This document shows positions 1-11,754 of a stretch of DNA of 18,694 nucleotides, in pieces. The translations under genes and the position numbers were made by a program. Numbering within the stretch: position 1 is the stretch's first letter; the number at the start of each line of letters is the position of its first letter. This DNA is from Paraspadella gotoi. Its lineage: Eukaryota; Animalia; Chaetognatha. The notes below the pieces were generated by a model, which was not told where the DNA came from, made no database searches, and was given only the letters and a program-made list of their open reading frames with translations. The DNA lies in assembly GCA_051294375.1 (NCBI GenBank), contig JBJCIZ010001272.1, positions 1 through 18,694 of the forward strand, given 5' to 3'.

Positions 1-55
1 ACCTCAACAATATTACTAAAAAAAACACAATTTTATGCCCAACTTGTGAATTAAG

Positions 56-290
56 ACTCATTACGCATTGCTGCGCGTTAAACCTTTCGAGTTCAAACGA
101 AGCCAACCAACGATTCGGCCGCCTCACTTCATGGCCAGGCTCCCCAACCGTTATCAACTTCACAGCCAGGCTCTCACCCTTTTTACCTCACTGACAGGGC
201 TCTTTTACCCCTTTTCACTTTCGCAACCAGGCCGCTGGAGACCGCCACATTGCTGTCATTTCCGACCTGACTATTTAGACACTTACTTTA
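56..290 (+). CDS. Candidate coding exon of an unidentified gene (5' boundary uncertain)
   Basis: Non-repetitive, GC-balanced sequence reading ...FRPDYLDTYF, followed by a GTGAGT donor at 291 in phase 1. The phase is compatible with the candidate exon at 1411-1494. No recognisable family. Confidence 0.3.
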
Positions 291-319
291 GTGAGTTCTC
301 AATAGTTCAAGAACACTCT

Positions 320-1400
320 ACGTTCTTCCTCTCCTCCTCACATCTCACGTTCCTCTCTCTCCCAACGCTACTCTCTTTCCCCACACCCTCCCATCGGTTA
401 TCCTACTCTCTCCACCTACGCCTCCTCTCTCCCTCTCTCTCTCCCTCTTCTCCCTACTCACCACCTCACGCTTTCCCTTCTCTCTCACTACGTCTCTCTC
501 TCTTCTCTCTCCCTCTCTCCCTACTCACACCTCACGTTCCCTCTCCTCTCACTACGCCTCCATCTCTCTCTCTCTCTCCCTCTCTCCCTCACTCACACTC
601 ACGTTCCCTCTCTCTCCCCACCGCCTCTCTCTCTCTTCCACTACTCTCCCCTCCCTCACCTCAGACACTCCCTCACCGTTCCCTTCTCTCTCGCCCACGC
701 CCTCTCTCTCTCTCTCCCTCTCTCCCCCTCACAGCCTCACGTTCCCTCTCTCTCCCCACGCCTTCTCTCTCTCCCTCCCCTCACCTTCACGTTTTCCTTC
801 TCTCATTCCCACGGCCTCTCCCTCTCCCCACACCTCACGTTCCTTCTCTCTCCCCACGCCCTTCTCTCTCTCCCTCCCTTCACCTCACGTCCTTCTCTTC
901 CCCACGGCCTCTCCCTCTCCCCACACCTCACGTTCCCTCTCTCTCACACTACGCCTCTCCTCTCTCTCTCCCTCTCTCCCCTGCCTCACACCTCACGGTT
1001 CCCTCTCTCCCTCCCCACGCTTCTCTCTCTCTCCCTCTCTCCCTCCCACACCTTCACGTTCCTTCTCTCTCCCCACGCCTCTCTTCTCTGTCTCTCCTCT
1101 CTCTCCTCCACCCAACCTCACGTTCCCTCTCTCTCCCATATGCCTTCGCTCTCTCTCTCTCTCCCTCTCTCCCTCCTGCACACCTCACGTTCCCTCTCTC
1201 TCCCTATGCTCTCTCCCTCTCCCTCTCTCCCTCCCCTCACCTCACGTTCCTCTCTCCTCCCCACGCTCTGCTCTCTCCCCACACCTCACGTTCCCTCTCT
1301 CTCTCCCCACGCCTCTCCCTCTCTCCCTCCCTCACCTCACGTTCCCTCTCTCTCCCACGCCTCTCTCTCTCCCCCCCTCTCTCCCCCTCACCCCTTTTCT
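320..1400. repeat. Degenerate pyrimidine-rich minisatellite, unit ~45-70 bp, consensus about CACACCTCACGTTCCCTCTCTCTCCCCACGCCTCTCTCTCTCTCCCTCTCTCCC, roughly 17-19 copies
   Basis: The anchor CTCACGTT (or a 1-nt variant) recurs near 345, 531, 598, 736, 787, 834, 926, 1053, 1117, 1184, 1241, 1285 and 1336, usually followed by CCCACGCC. It explains the stop-free 463-aa S/L/P ORF. Confidence 0.9.
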
Positions 1401-1410
1401 TCACTCTGAG

Positions 1411-1494
1411 CCGTCACAACAAAAACCGCCAACGGCCGGATTCCAGGATTGACGGATAATGTGAACCTCATTATGAAGGACTTCACACCTTTGC
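1411..1494 (+). CDS. Candidate 84-nt internal exon (VTTKTANGRIPGLTDNVNLIMKDFTPL) of an unidentified gene
   Basis: Pyrimidine tract and AG at 1409-1410, an open frame, and GTGAGT at 1495. It splices in frame to the 290 donor (A|CC). Confidence 0.35.
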
Positions 1495-2415
1495 GTGAGT
1501 CTAGCCGCTTTTTTTTTTTTTTTTTTTTTTTTTTTTGGCCTTTTGCCCGAGAATTGATTGGGCTTTCGACTTGAAAGATTTGGGCTTTCTGACTTTGACT
1601 TTTGACTTTCGCTAATAATGACTTGGGTAAAGGGTTTGGACTTGAAATGAGTGAATTCTTGGATTTTTTAAAAGTAAGATCGATTCAAAAAAAAAAAAGA
1701 TCTATAGTTGATATTACGATGTCAGATAATAATGGAATAATAATAAAAAAGATTGAATAAAATTTAGTTAGAATATTTTGGTAAGCTACATGTTGCAAAT
1801 CTATCTTTCAAACGTTCTACGAAAGTTTAAAAAAAAAAAAACTGGATGAAAAATTTAATAACCTCTTGCCAATTAAATCTCCACCAAATATTTTCCCCTG
1901 TATTTTTTTTCTTTTTTCTTTTATCTTATTCGAAACCAGTACTCCCTGTTTTCAAAAAAGTAACTACAAATCCTGCCAGATAATGGACGTCTACCAATCG
2001 CCCAACATGAAAGCAGAATCTACAATCGCATTTAGGATTTGCCGGTGTTTTAACGGGAATCAAAACAAAACGACACAAAAAACAATAACCATAAATGGTT
2101 TCGGCGCAAACACAAGGGGAATCGCTTCTTCTTTTTCTTTTTTTTGTTCTTCTCAAAAAAATAAAAATACAAAAAACAAAAGAAACTTTTTCTCGTCATC
2201 GAGAATCAAAAATTAGTTTTTCCGATTTCTACGCTTTTTTTTTGGCTCCCCAATAAATCTTTAACGTCTCCCCTTTTTTTATTAAATATTTCTATCCCCC
2301 TTAATTTCCCCCCCCAACAGAAAATAAAAAACCCCAAACCGTTTACCCCCCCCCCCTCGAATCCCCCCCTCTTCTAGCGGACGGGCCCCCCCTTTTAACT
2401 TCCTCCCCCTTTTCT

Positions 2416-2447
<32 letters not shown>

Positions 2448-2645
2448 CTAAAAATTTCGAATTTAAATCCCGGAAAAAGGAACATAAATTTTCTCTCATC
2501 GTCTCTGATTTTTTTTTTTTTTTTTTTATATATAAATAAAAATTTCCGAATTTAAAAAAAAAGAAAAACTAGAAAAAGGAAGATCTGGAAAAAAAGAAAG
2601 AAAGCAAAAAAATCTTTTGTTATGTGTGATATTTCCCGCGCTTAC

Positions 2646-3308
2646 CATTCATGCTGTTTTTTCTCCTTTCCTCTTTTCGCGCTTCAATCCTCCTCCTCCT
2701 CCTCCTTCCTCCCTTATCTCCCTCCTCGTTCCTCTTCTTCTCCCTAGAGGAATTTAAACCGAGTCCCTTCCTCATCGCTCTTTCTTCCTCCTTTCGTATT
2801 TCCGCTCTTTCCGCCGTCCTTATTCTTCGGGGTTTGTTTCTCTCTCTCCTTCCTTCCTCCTCCTCCTCCTCATTCCAACCACGCGGCATCTCTTCTTTTT
2901 CGAGTAAGTTCGTCCTCATGTTCATCTCGATTTTTCTCAAACTTTACCCAGACGAAATCGTTTTGCTCTTTCGAAGCGATACCTTTCCTTTCCTTTCCTC
3001 CTCTCCTTTGACATTTTTTGACCTCGGGTAATTGGACAGTTCCTGACCCCCGAATGCACTCACCAAGCAGAACCGACCCAAAAAGAACAATTGCCAAATG
3101 CCTCTCCTAGAACACATCCTGCCCGAAATGCCGACCAAGGCGCCGACGATTGATTGCCGCCGACCCGCGATTTGCCTGACCTTGGCGCGAAATAATTTTC
3201 ACCGCGCTTAACTTACCCTGTCGCTCACTTTTCCTTTCCCCTTTAAAAACATGCGGTCCCCAACTTGAGTTAATCTTCTTCTCCTTCTTCTTCGACAGCG
3301 AATTGTAT
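2646..3308 (-). CDS. Candidate exons (about 3308-3217, 3180-3064, 3022-2646) of a single-pass membrane protein: transmembrane helix plus charged cytoplasmic tail; indel-riddled
   Basis: Donors GTAAGT (3216), GTGAGT (3063) and GTAAGC (2645). After removing a few 1-nt insertions, exon 3180-3064 reads about AAIIVGALVGISAGCVLGGIGIVLLVVLL. It is followed by basic VKKCQRR and E/R/K-rich sequence. The indel correction is my inference. Confidence 0.35.
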
Positions 3309-4409
3309 CTATGTTATTTATAATTGCGGTTAGGAAACAATTATAAAAATTATTTCCATCATTATAAAGAATAAGCTATCTTGACTTGGACAAAATGCGA
3401 CCAGGTCTGCGATAGTTCTCATCGAATCTCCATATTTAGGTTACCAAACTTTACTCCCACTTTTGATTATGTTCTCACTGATCTCCTTTCCTTATATTTA
3501 AATTAATTTAATTTGTATTTATATTTCTTTCCTTTACTCGTCCCTCTTCCCCATTTTCACCCCGCCCCCCAAACTTTCCACCCCCCCATGACATAGAGTC
3601 CTTCCCACGCGGGTTTCGTTCTGGACACAATCTTGGCTGGTCATATTTTTTTTTTCGTTGCATGAATAGCGCGGTTCCTCCCTGCCTTCCATTCCTCTCG
3701 CCCCATCTTTCCTCCTCCCAACCCTCGCCCCTTTCCCCACCAGAGCCCTGCCCCCTTTTCTCGCGCCCCCATCCTTTTTTCCCCAAGGCCCTCGGGCCTG
3801 ATACTGTCTCAGGGCCGCAGCCTCTATTTAGCCCTCAGCTAAGTTCCCCCCCTGTTCTTCTTCCCTCTTCCTTCTCTCCTCTCCTGCAGCCCACATTCGT
3901 AGCCAAAACATCCTTAACCCCAAAATCAATTCAGGCCGATTCCATACTTCAAGATGATATTAAATGGTTTAAACTTTCCAAAAAATCGAATACGCGCATT
4001 TAATAACTATTTTAGACTACTCGCTGTTTTTAATACTCAGCTCTGAAGGAATGGTCCAACAACTTTCTAGGGAATCATGAAATATGTATATTATATAATA
4101 TTCGAAAACCGCCGGGGTCTGGTTTGAAAAGTTTTATAATTAGTATTGGTCCCTTCATAAAAACTGTACAATCACTATGTTTCTTCCACAATCCCACGCC
4201 TCCTTATTATTCCTCTATCTCTTCCACACCCCGGGACTGGGTCCCAATGATTAGCCCCCCCCCCGCTTTCCCGGACCCCATCTCTCGTATTTCGATTCCA
4301 AAATCGACCAAAATATACTTTTGAGGATTCGTGTTTTTAAAACCGGAGAGATCGAAATTATTTATTTATTCTTCGTCGAGAAAAAGCGCGCCTCCTCGCG
4401 CATCTCAGA

Positions 4410-4555
4410 TGAGAGAGAGAGAGAGAGAGAGAGAGTGGGAGAAGAGAGAGAGAGAGAGAGACGAGAGAGACGAGAGAGAGGAGAGAGCAGAAGAGAGAAG
4501 AGAGAGAGAGAGAGAGATGGAGAGAGAGAAGAGAGAGAGAGGAGAGAGAGAGAGG
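4410..4555. repeat. (GA)n microsatellite, imperfect
   Basis: Directly visible GA dinucleotide tract. Confidence 0.95.
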
Positions 4556-6169
4556 ACCTCTCAACTCTATTCTTTCATTCCGCAATACCCTATCCTTCTC
4601 AAAAATCAGCTGAGAGTCTCTTACCTTAAAATGTTTTTTATGTTTTAGTGTTTGATTAACGCGCAATCGTTGTTTGTTATGTTATTTTTTTACCTCAGCC
4701 TTAACAGTAAATTAGGAAACTCTCATTCCCTGGTACAATCCAACATCCGCGCTCAACATTGGCGCCAAATCTGAAACTTACCCCAACCAACCCATCCCCC
4801 GCAAAAACCCCTGAAAACGTGAACCCCCTACATCCTTTGCATCGAATCTCCCTCCACTCTTTCGAGTTTACCCAGGGGTTCTTCCCCCCCCCTCACGGTT
4901 CCTCCCCTTGGTCGTTCACGCCCCCAGTTCATTTCTATCTTTCCTTTTTTCCCATTTTTTTTCTTTCCTTTTTTCCCCCCTTTTCTTCTTTCGGGGCCGA
5001 AAATAGTTCCAACCCAGAACCTGATGGCCTCTTTAATATCGAACCTCTAGGTCTTATGAAAAAAGGTCTTAGTTACCTCAAAACTATTGATTGACTATTT
5101 AATTCAAAAACCATAGATTATATTAAAGTCAAAATCGTTTTATCATAGCTAGTAAAAAAAAATAATTAAAAAGCATTATTAAGTTTTTATGAAAAACCTT
5201 ACTTAATCCTCTTCTAAAACTTCATCTTTATCGTGGAAAGACTTTTCTGTAACCCAGGGTCTAACATTTTCTCACCCTCTCTATCCCTAACTCCCCGTTA
5301 ACCCTTAAGATGCGAAACCAATGTTCATTCGAACCCCTTTCCCCCATTTCCCCACCCCGTTTGCCCCCTTCCCCCTTACTACTCCAATAAACCCCTTTTC
5401 TTTAACCACCGTTGCGTTTTTTGTTTCAGAGTAAAACTTTGTAAACGGTCGAGAGAATTCCTTAGTTAGGAGCTGATGAAAAAACTTATCGTAGGCCAGC
5501 ATCCCTTAAATCGGTGTTTTTTTTTTAATACTTGGAAGAATATAAATGTAATGTACTGCACATTAACGTGTACAAATTAATTTAGTTAAATTATTTTAAA
5601 TAGTTTAAAGTTAAATTAAATCACTTCAGTAAAACTTTCTCTGCTCCTCCATTGGGACTGAGAAAGTTTGTTAACATCAATTACTTATTTTCCGCCGAAC
5701 CTGTTTCTTTAAACCTTACAAGAAGAACAAAGATATCAAAGATAGATACCCATCCTCCCAGAGTTTCACATGTAGGGCATGTTTTTTAAATCAATAATAA
5801 AAATCGTTGTTCAAAACTAAAATCAAACTCTAACGTAAATCATGTAAATATTTAAGTATTTCTAGGGCTTGAAGAGTAGAGTTTTTCCCAACTAGTACCG
5901 GTTCCTCTCTCGCTCGCTCTCTGTCACGCATCTGAGTTTAAAACAGAAAACAGGAAAAAAAACCAAACAGGAAAAAGTTGTTTCACTTTTTCACCAAAAC
6001 CTTAAATTTAGTTTTGACGTTGAAAAAAAAAAGTATAAAGAAAAGTGCGTTTTTGTCACTCACGAAATTGTTTTATATACATCCGAGATAAAAAAAAAAA
6101 AAAAACCTGACAAAAATGATTTATTTTCACTCCCTTTTTCCCTCAAATTTCGATGAATGCATCCGCTGT

Positions 6170-6171
6170 TT

Positions 6172-6217
<46 letters not shown>

Positions 6218-6493
6218 CTTCTCTCTCTGTTCATTTAACGCACTCTCTCTCTCTCAACTTATTCTGGTACAAGGCTTATTTGATTTTTGAAGTAATTTTC
6301 CTTTATTCCCTCGAAACCGACGTCTTGTCTTTTCGGCGTGTCGTCGTCGTCGTCTGTCGTCAGTCGTCGTCGTCTCGTCGTCATTATCGTCTTCGTCCTC
6401 TTCGCTTCGTTTCTCCTCTCCTGTTTTTTTCTCTCTATTGCGTCGTCGTCATCGTCGGTCGTCTGCCGCTTCGCGGAAAAAATCATTTTTCCT

Positions 6494-6536
<43 letters not shown>

Positions 6537-6740
6537 TCGTTCGTCAGCGGGCTTCGAGAACATCCGCTTCCCCCTCAGCGAAATCCGAACACAAGGAAAT
6601 AATTTTCCTTCCTTTCTCATGAATGAATTATCGCTAAAATTCAGGATTAAAAAAAAAGGGAAAAAAAGAACAGAGAAAGAGCAGAGAGATTTAAGAATGG
6701 TTCTGCTGACTTTGGCATTCTCTCTCTCTCTCTCTTCTCT

Positions 6741-6771
<31 letters not shown>

Positions 6772-6840
6772 AAATCGTCTCTCTCTCCTCTCGTCTCTCT
6801 CTCTTCTCTCTCGTCTAACTGATTTTTCTTTCTCTCTCTC
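6170..6840. repeat. Compound microsatellite cluster: (CT)n ~6170-6230, (TCG)n ~6340-6380 and 6494-6535, (CT)n ~6718-6840
   Basis: Directly visible simple repeats. They produce the poly-V, poly-S, poly-D and SL-rich ORFs here. Confidence 0.95.
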
Positions 6841-6949
6841 CTTTTTCAGCGTCGAACAGTAGTTGATTCGTTTTTTTTTTTTCTGGGGGAGACCATTTCG
6901 AAAGAGAGAACTGAAAATATCCGAAGAGAGCGAGAGACGAAATGCTAAG

Positions 6950-8403
6950 TGATCGAGAGAGCGAGACGAAAAAGAAGAAACGAGGATGAAACTCGGAAAT
7001 CTCTCGTTCGTCGCCAACGGAATTAAAGCCGCGCCGCCGCCGGGCCGACGCGTGCCGACTCCAAAACTCCCAAAAATCTTCGGCATCTTCAGATCGACGG
7101 ACGCATCCTGTCGTTCTCCATTGACGAGAAATCCGCGACGCGCGTCGCTTCGGCGCCGACAAAGGGCGACGCCGTCGTCATAGCGACGGAGGACGACTTG
7201 AGAAACGCGAAGATTTGATCGGCGGAAGATTTGACGAACGGATTCCAACTTCGCCCTTGACTGAAGATCAACTTCTTGTCTTCATTCTACCGCAATTTTC
7301 TCTCCCTCTGTGAAGAAGTTTTAGTTCTTCATTTTAGTCTTCATCAATATCTTCATCTAAAACCACATCCCTCTCTACTTCAAACTGCGCACTTTTCACC
7401 TGTCTCTGTCTCAATGCTATCATTTTCTTAAAACTCTCTAAACTCCATCTCCCCCCTCCGGTCACTTCCCCCCCCCCCCAAGCACGTCGTCGCTCTCGAG
7501 CGGCGGATTATCGCGCGCTTTCCCGCTGATCGCCGATCGCCGCGCGATCGCAACGCGCCCGCCTTAGCGGGTTCACAGCGGCCCTCCGCGGATTCGCAGC
7601 GTCCTTTGCGGATCAGCGACGCTCTCCGCCGAGCGCCCAGCTCGTCCGGTCGCTAACGACGACGGCGCGACTAGGAGCAACGAAAAGTTTTTTTTTTATT
7701 ACCGGTTGTACTTCTTGTTTTTATTTATTTCGTCATCGTGCGTCGTTCACCGTAATTCGTTTTTACCGTTCGTCGTCGTCGTCGTCGTCATTCGTTGACG
7801 GCACCAAAAAAAAAAAAAACAAACCCGGGAATTTATCCAAAAACGACTTAAATGACGATTTAACCTTCGACGAAATTTTTTCTCCCATTTTGTTCGGATT
7901 TTTGTTAATTTGTGACGATTTTTTTTTACGTTGGCGCCAAAAGTGGAAGAGGATTTTCGAGTTATCTCTTCCTTTTTTAACTTTCGAAATTTCCTGGTTA
8001 TATTTTTTCGCTTCTTCGAGTTCCGAAATTTGTCACGCTTCCTGGTTATCGCTTCACGAGCGCTTCTCATTTCTCAAACACTTCCGCCCCCCCAAGCCCC
8101 CCGAATCTCGACTCTTCAACGTCTGATCTCGAGCTGCTTGTAGTTTCTCCGAATTTAACCCAAAAATAGAAACAACCAAAGATCCAATTTAAAACGCAAT
8201 CGCACGAACTCGCGACTCTGTCTCGCGATTCTTAAAAACCAAAGTAAAACCAGAAATACGACCAAAGATTTAATTTTTTATTAAACGGAACTTAATTAGA
8301 TCAATTAACAAACGCGAATGCGCTCGAAGACGCTCAAATAAAAAGTGCGGAGTTACGCTTAAAATTAAATAAAAAACGCTCTTACAATTTCGAAATCAAC
8401 GCT
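6950..8403 (+). promoter_or_regulatory. CpG-rich putative promoter and 5' UTR region of Six1/2
   Basis: High CG density, peaking at about 7480-7680, immediately upstream of the first in-frame ATG at 8404. No convincing ORF. The transcription start cannot be located from sequence. Confidence 0.4.
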
Positions 8404-8464
8404 ATGGTTGAGACGCAGAACGCGTTGATGGAGGCGGGCCTCTCCTCGGCCAAGATGTCGCCAG
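8404..8464 (+). CDS. Six1/2: Six1/2 putative first coding exon (MVETQNALMEAGLSSAKMSP)
   Basis: ATG at 8404, 20 codons plus 1 nt, then CCAG|GTGAAC. The phase-1 join to the acceptor at 8994 (G|GC CTT CTT GGC TCC TCC ATG) is in frame with the 9012 ORF. Confidence 0.65.
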
Positions 8465-8994
8465 GTGAACATTTTTTAGACTTAGTGGCACTGTGTATTG
8501 TTTGTTAATGATGTGGCATACTGAATAAAAGCGCATTTTTTATTTACTTGATATAACATTAACGTAAGTGAGTGGTCGTTTTCATACAATTTAAACAGTT
8601 CGGAACACATTATACCAATTCATTGTTAAAAAGCCAGGTACTTTGGTAGTAAATAAATTAGAATGAGAGAGAGACGTGATTGAAAAGTTTCAGGCTGCAA
8701 GCTTTCAATGCAATGCAGGCTGTTGCTATTTGTTATCTCTTCCAAAGTCAGGAGTTGGATGGCTTGTCTAATGTCTATGGAAAAAATGTATAATTTTTAT
8801 TTCAATTGTACCATGTTCATTATAAGGTATGATTAAACTATCTCCACTACGACATGAACGAAAACAAAGACAAATGACAAAAAAAGTGTTTTAATCGTTT
8901 TAATTTTCACTTTTATGCCGTTAAACAGCCGCGTTAGACCCAATAAATCCTAAATTAATAAATCCATTTCCAAATCTCCCCCCCTTAAATCCAG

Positions 8995-9230
8995 GCCTTC
9001 TTGGCTCCTCCATGATGAGCTCAATGAGTGAGGCGTGTCAGTTGGCTTTGCAGAACAACAACGACGTCGGCGGAGTCAATGGCGCCGGTATTCTAGGCGG
9101 CGCCGCCCATCCTCACGGCGTCGGCGCCGTCCACAACAACCTGGCGTCGAACAACGCCGCTACGATGGGCGCCGGGACGCCGCTTGGGTCTTCGCCGCCG
9201 CTGCCTTCGTTTGGATTCACGCAGGAGCAG
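8995..9230 (+). CDS. Six1/2: Six1/2 exon 2: N-terminal extension and start of the Six domain (...LPSFGFTQEQ)
   Basis: Acceptor ...TAAATCCAG| at 8994 and an uninterrupted frame. It ends in the Six1/2 signature LPSFGFTQEQ followed by a phase-0 GTGAGG donor at 9231. Confidence 0.93.
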
Positions 9231-9675
9231 GTGAGGGGAATGGGTGAGTAAGGGGCTGAGTGGGTCAGTCTCAGAGGAGACATAAATATCTTCATTTCTT
9301 CTCTAAAAACAATTCAAGTTTCAAAAACCCAACACAATGTAATGTTATACATTTTATAAATTTGTGAGAAATCTACTGAAAATGTGTCTATTTGTCTATA
9401 TTTGTCAAAATTAAAATATTGAAACATCGTGTAGTATAGATGCTCCCTCTATTACAGAAGAACAATATTGACTCCCACCCTTCCAAAAAAAAAAATATTA
9501 GATGAAAACATAAAAAATAAATATTTATAAATAGATATAAAATATAATTAAATAATATACCTAAATAGTAAAACACGTTAAATACTATAAAATATAAATA
9601 TAAAAAATAGTGAACCACAAGTAATTTTGCAATTTACATAAAATATAAGTAACAGATGAATTAACTTAACTTTTA

Positions 9676-9850
9676 CGTCTCTTTTCTTTACGCCCTCTAT
9701 TTTCTTTTTACCTCTCTTTTCTTTTACCCCCTCTATTTTCTTTTTCCACTCTCTTTTCATTTCCTCTCTTTTCTTTTTACCTCTCTCTTTTCTTTTTAGC
9801 CCATCTCTTTTCTTTTCCCCTCTTTTCTTTACCCCTCTCTTTTCTTCCTA
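9676..9850. repeat. Degenerate ~17-19 bp tandem repeat (CTCTTTTCTTTTACCC-like), about 10 copies
   Basis: Recurrent CTCTTTTCTTT(T) units. Confidence 0.75.
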
Positions 9851-10008
9851 TTCTCTTATTTTCACCACAAATCCAAACTTCACCCTGGAATTGGACGTCG
9901 TCACAAAAAAATCGAACTCTAATGAAAAATTGAAAGTGAAAAAGATTTGTCAAACAATTTGTTTCCCTCTTTGTACAGAAGATCCCAAAGTAGTTATTTG
10001 CGCAAGGA

Positions 10009-10013
<5 letters not shown>

Positions 10014-10060
<47 letters not shown>

Positions 10061-10116
10061 AGATGGAATGAAAGTGAAGTCAAACTAAAAGCCAAGAAAT
10101 CAGCCCGCCAACTCGT

Positions 10117-10169
<53 letters not shown>
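10014..10169. repeat. Inverted microsatellite pair: ~(GA)20, ~66-nt spacer, ~(CT)25
   Basis: Perfect GA tract at 10014-10053 and perfect CT tract at 10120-10169. A further CT tract lies at about 10263-10343. Confidence 0.9.
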
Positions 10170-10174
<5 letters not shown>

Positions 10175-10261
10175 CTTGTCATGCCTCACCTGGGTCGTTG
10201 TCCCGTTTTTATCGGGATTTGTCTTAATAAAACAGACACAAACATTACGTTTGTATTAAGA

Positions 10262-10303
<42 letters not shown>

Positions 10304-11101
10304 TCTCCTCATCTCTATCTCTCTCCTCTCTCTCTCTCTCTCTCGTCCGATTTTGACCTCCCAACGCGCGAGGAAAAGTTGGTTCTGGATGTTTGTTGTT
10401 CCCACGAATCTTCGACAGGGAGGCGTTTTGCGGCGGCGACGATGACGACGACGGCGACGACGAACGACGAACGAAAGACGACGACACAGTGTGCCCCATC
10501 GTAGATTTTCTCTCCGGTTTTTCCAGTTTGATTTTCGAGGTCAGAACCGCGAACTTTGGCAAACGACTTCCACTTACCTTCTTTTCTTGTCGCTTATCAC
10601 CACCTTTCTTCTCACGCGACGACGAAGAAAAAAAAAGACTATGGATTTGTTATTCTTTACTTAATAATACTTAATACTTAATATATACCTAATATATTCT
10701 AAATACTATATACTTAATATAATATACTTAATAAACATTATAATCAATAACTGAAATCCTTCATCTTTTATTCACAATTTTCTCCCTTGACTCGCGATCA
10801 TTATTATTTCCTTTTTTCTTTTTCAATTTTTTTTCTTTCCTTTTTCTTTCAATTCCAATTCTACTTGTCTTTTCTCCTCTTCGCAAATTAACTATAAAAT
10901 AAGTACATATATACGAATTTCTCTTGGTACTCATATTCATTTCCTATTTTGACTTTTGCTCTTTCCAAAACCAGTTTATTTCTTCTTTTGAAAGTCCTTG
11001 CTTATTTTAATAAAGACCATAGTTTTTTTTATCATCGCTTAATTAATTAATTAATTAATTTCTCTCCTTCCCTCTACCTTCGCCGAATCTAAGTTGGAAA
11101 C

Positions 11102-11174
11102 GTTTCCCACGTTGTCCACTTTGTCCACTTTGTCCACTTTGTCCACTTTTGTGCACTGTGTCAACTTTGTCCAA
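11102..11174. repeat. 9-bp tandem repeat (TTTGTCCAC)n, about 8 copies with degenerate ends
   Basis: gttgtccac tttgtccac tttgtccac tttgtccac ttttgtgcac tgtgtcaac tttgtccaa. It gives the STL and DKV repeats in the ORF track. Confidence 0.9.
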
Positions 11175-11754
11175 TTTGCCTCCTTTTCTTTTTGCGCAAA
11201 TTGTTTGTTGCGAAAGGTCAACGTGATTTGGGTGACAAAAGAAAAAACATTCGAGGTCAGAGTCACATCAGATTTTTTCTCAAACACAGGCTGACCAAAA
11301 AAGACCCATGACCGTTTTATCAGGAGAGATTGGTTTCTTTTGGGGAAATTGTGATGCTATTTTTTGTTTTTGTTTTTGGGGCAGTATTTTAAATTTTTTG
11401 GCTTCAGCAGACTAATAAAATGCCTATTATCAAGCAAGATATATACACCTTATAATGTATATATTAAGTAGTAAAATGAATCAAAAATATGTGCTCTTTT
11501 TTTTTCAAACAAAATATAAACGATGTTTTTTTTTTTTTTTTTAATTCTTTTTATTTCGTTTAGGACAGGAGCAATAATTCAGTAGAAAAAAACACAGAAT
11601 GCTAAAAAAATATTCGACAATTAACAACTCTTTTTTTTTTTTTTTAAGATCAGCAGCAAAAAAATAGGAAAATAAAGAACGGAACAAAAATAAATAAGGG
11701 TAATGAACCTCAAAAAATGACTGAAAGTGAAAAACAAAGGGAACTGGAATAAAG

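Noticed and set aside
320-1400. CRISPR-like array (conserved core with variable linkers)
   Set aside because: The linkers are low-complexity CT runs rather than unique spacers, there are no cas genes, and the context is spliceosomal and eukaryotic.
68-1459. 463-aa ORF as a real S/L/P-rich protein
   Set aside because: Beyond ~290 it is the translation of a C/T minisatellite that can hardly contain stop codons. It starts at TTG, which is not meaningful in an animal genome.
6691-7271. 185-aa minus ORF and overlapping ORFs as a gene
   Set aside because: No recognisable domain, a non-ATG start, and it runs into a GA repeat. Open frames are expected in CpG-rich DNA.
11526-11556. Minus-strand AATAAA followed by an A-run, as a retrocopy tail or the Six poly(A) site
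   Set aside because: The gene half retains its introns, so it is not a retrocopy. Long A/T runs and AATAAA are common throughout the window.
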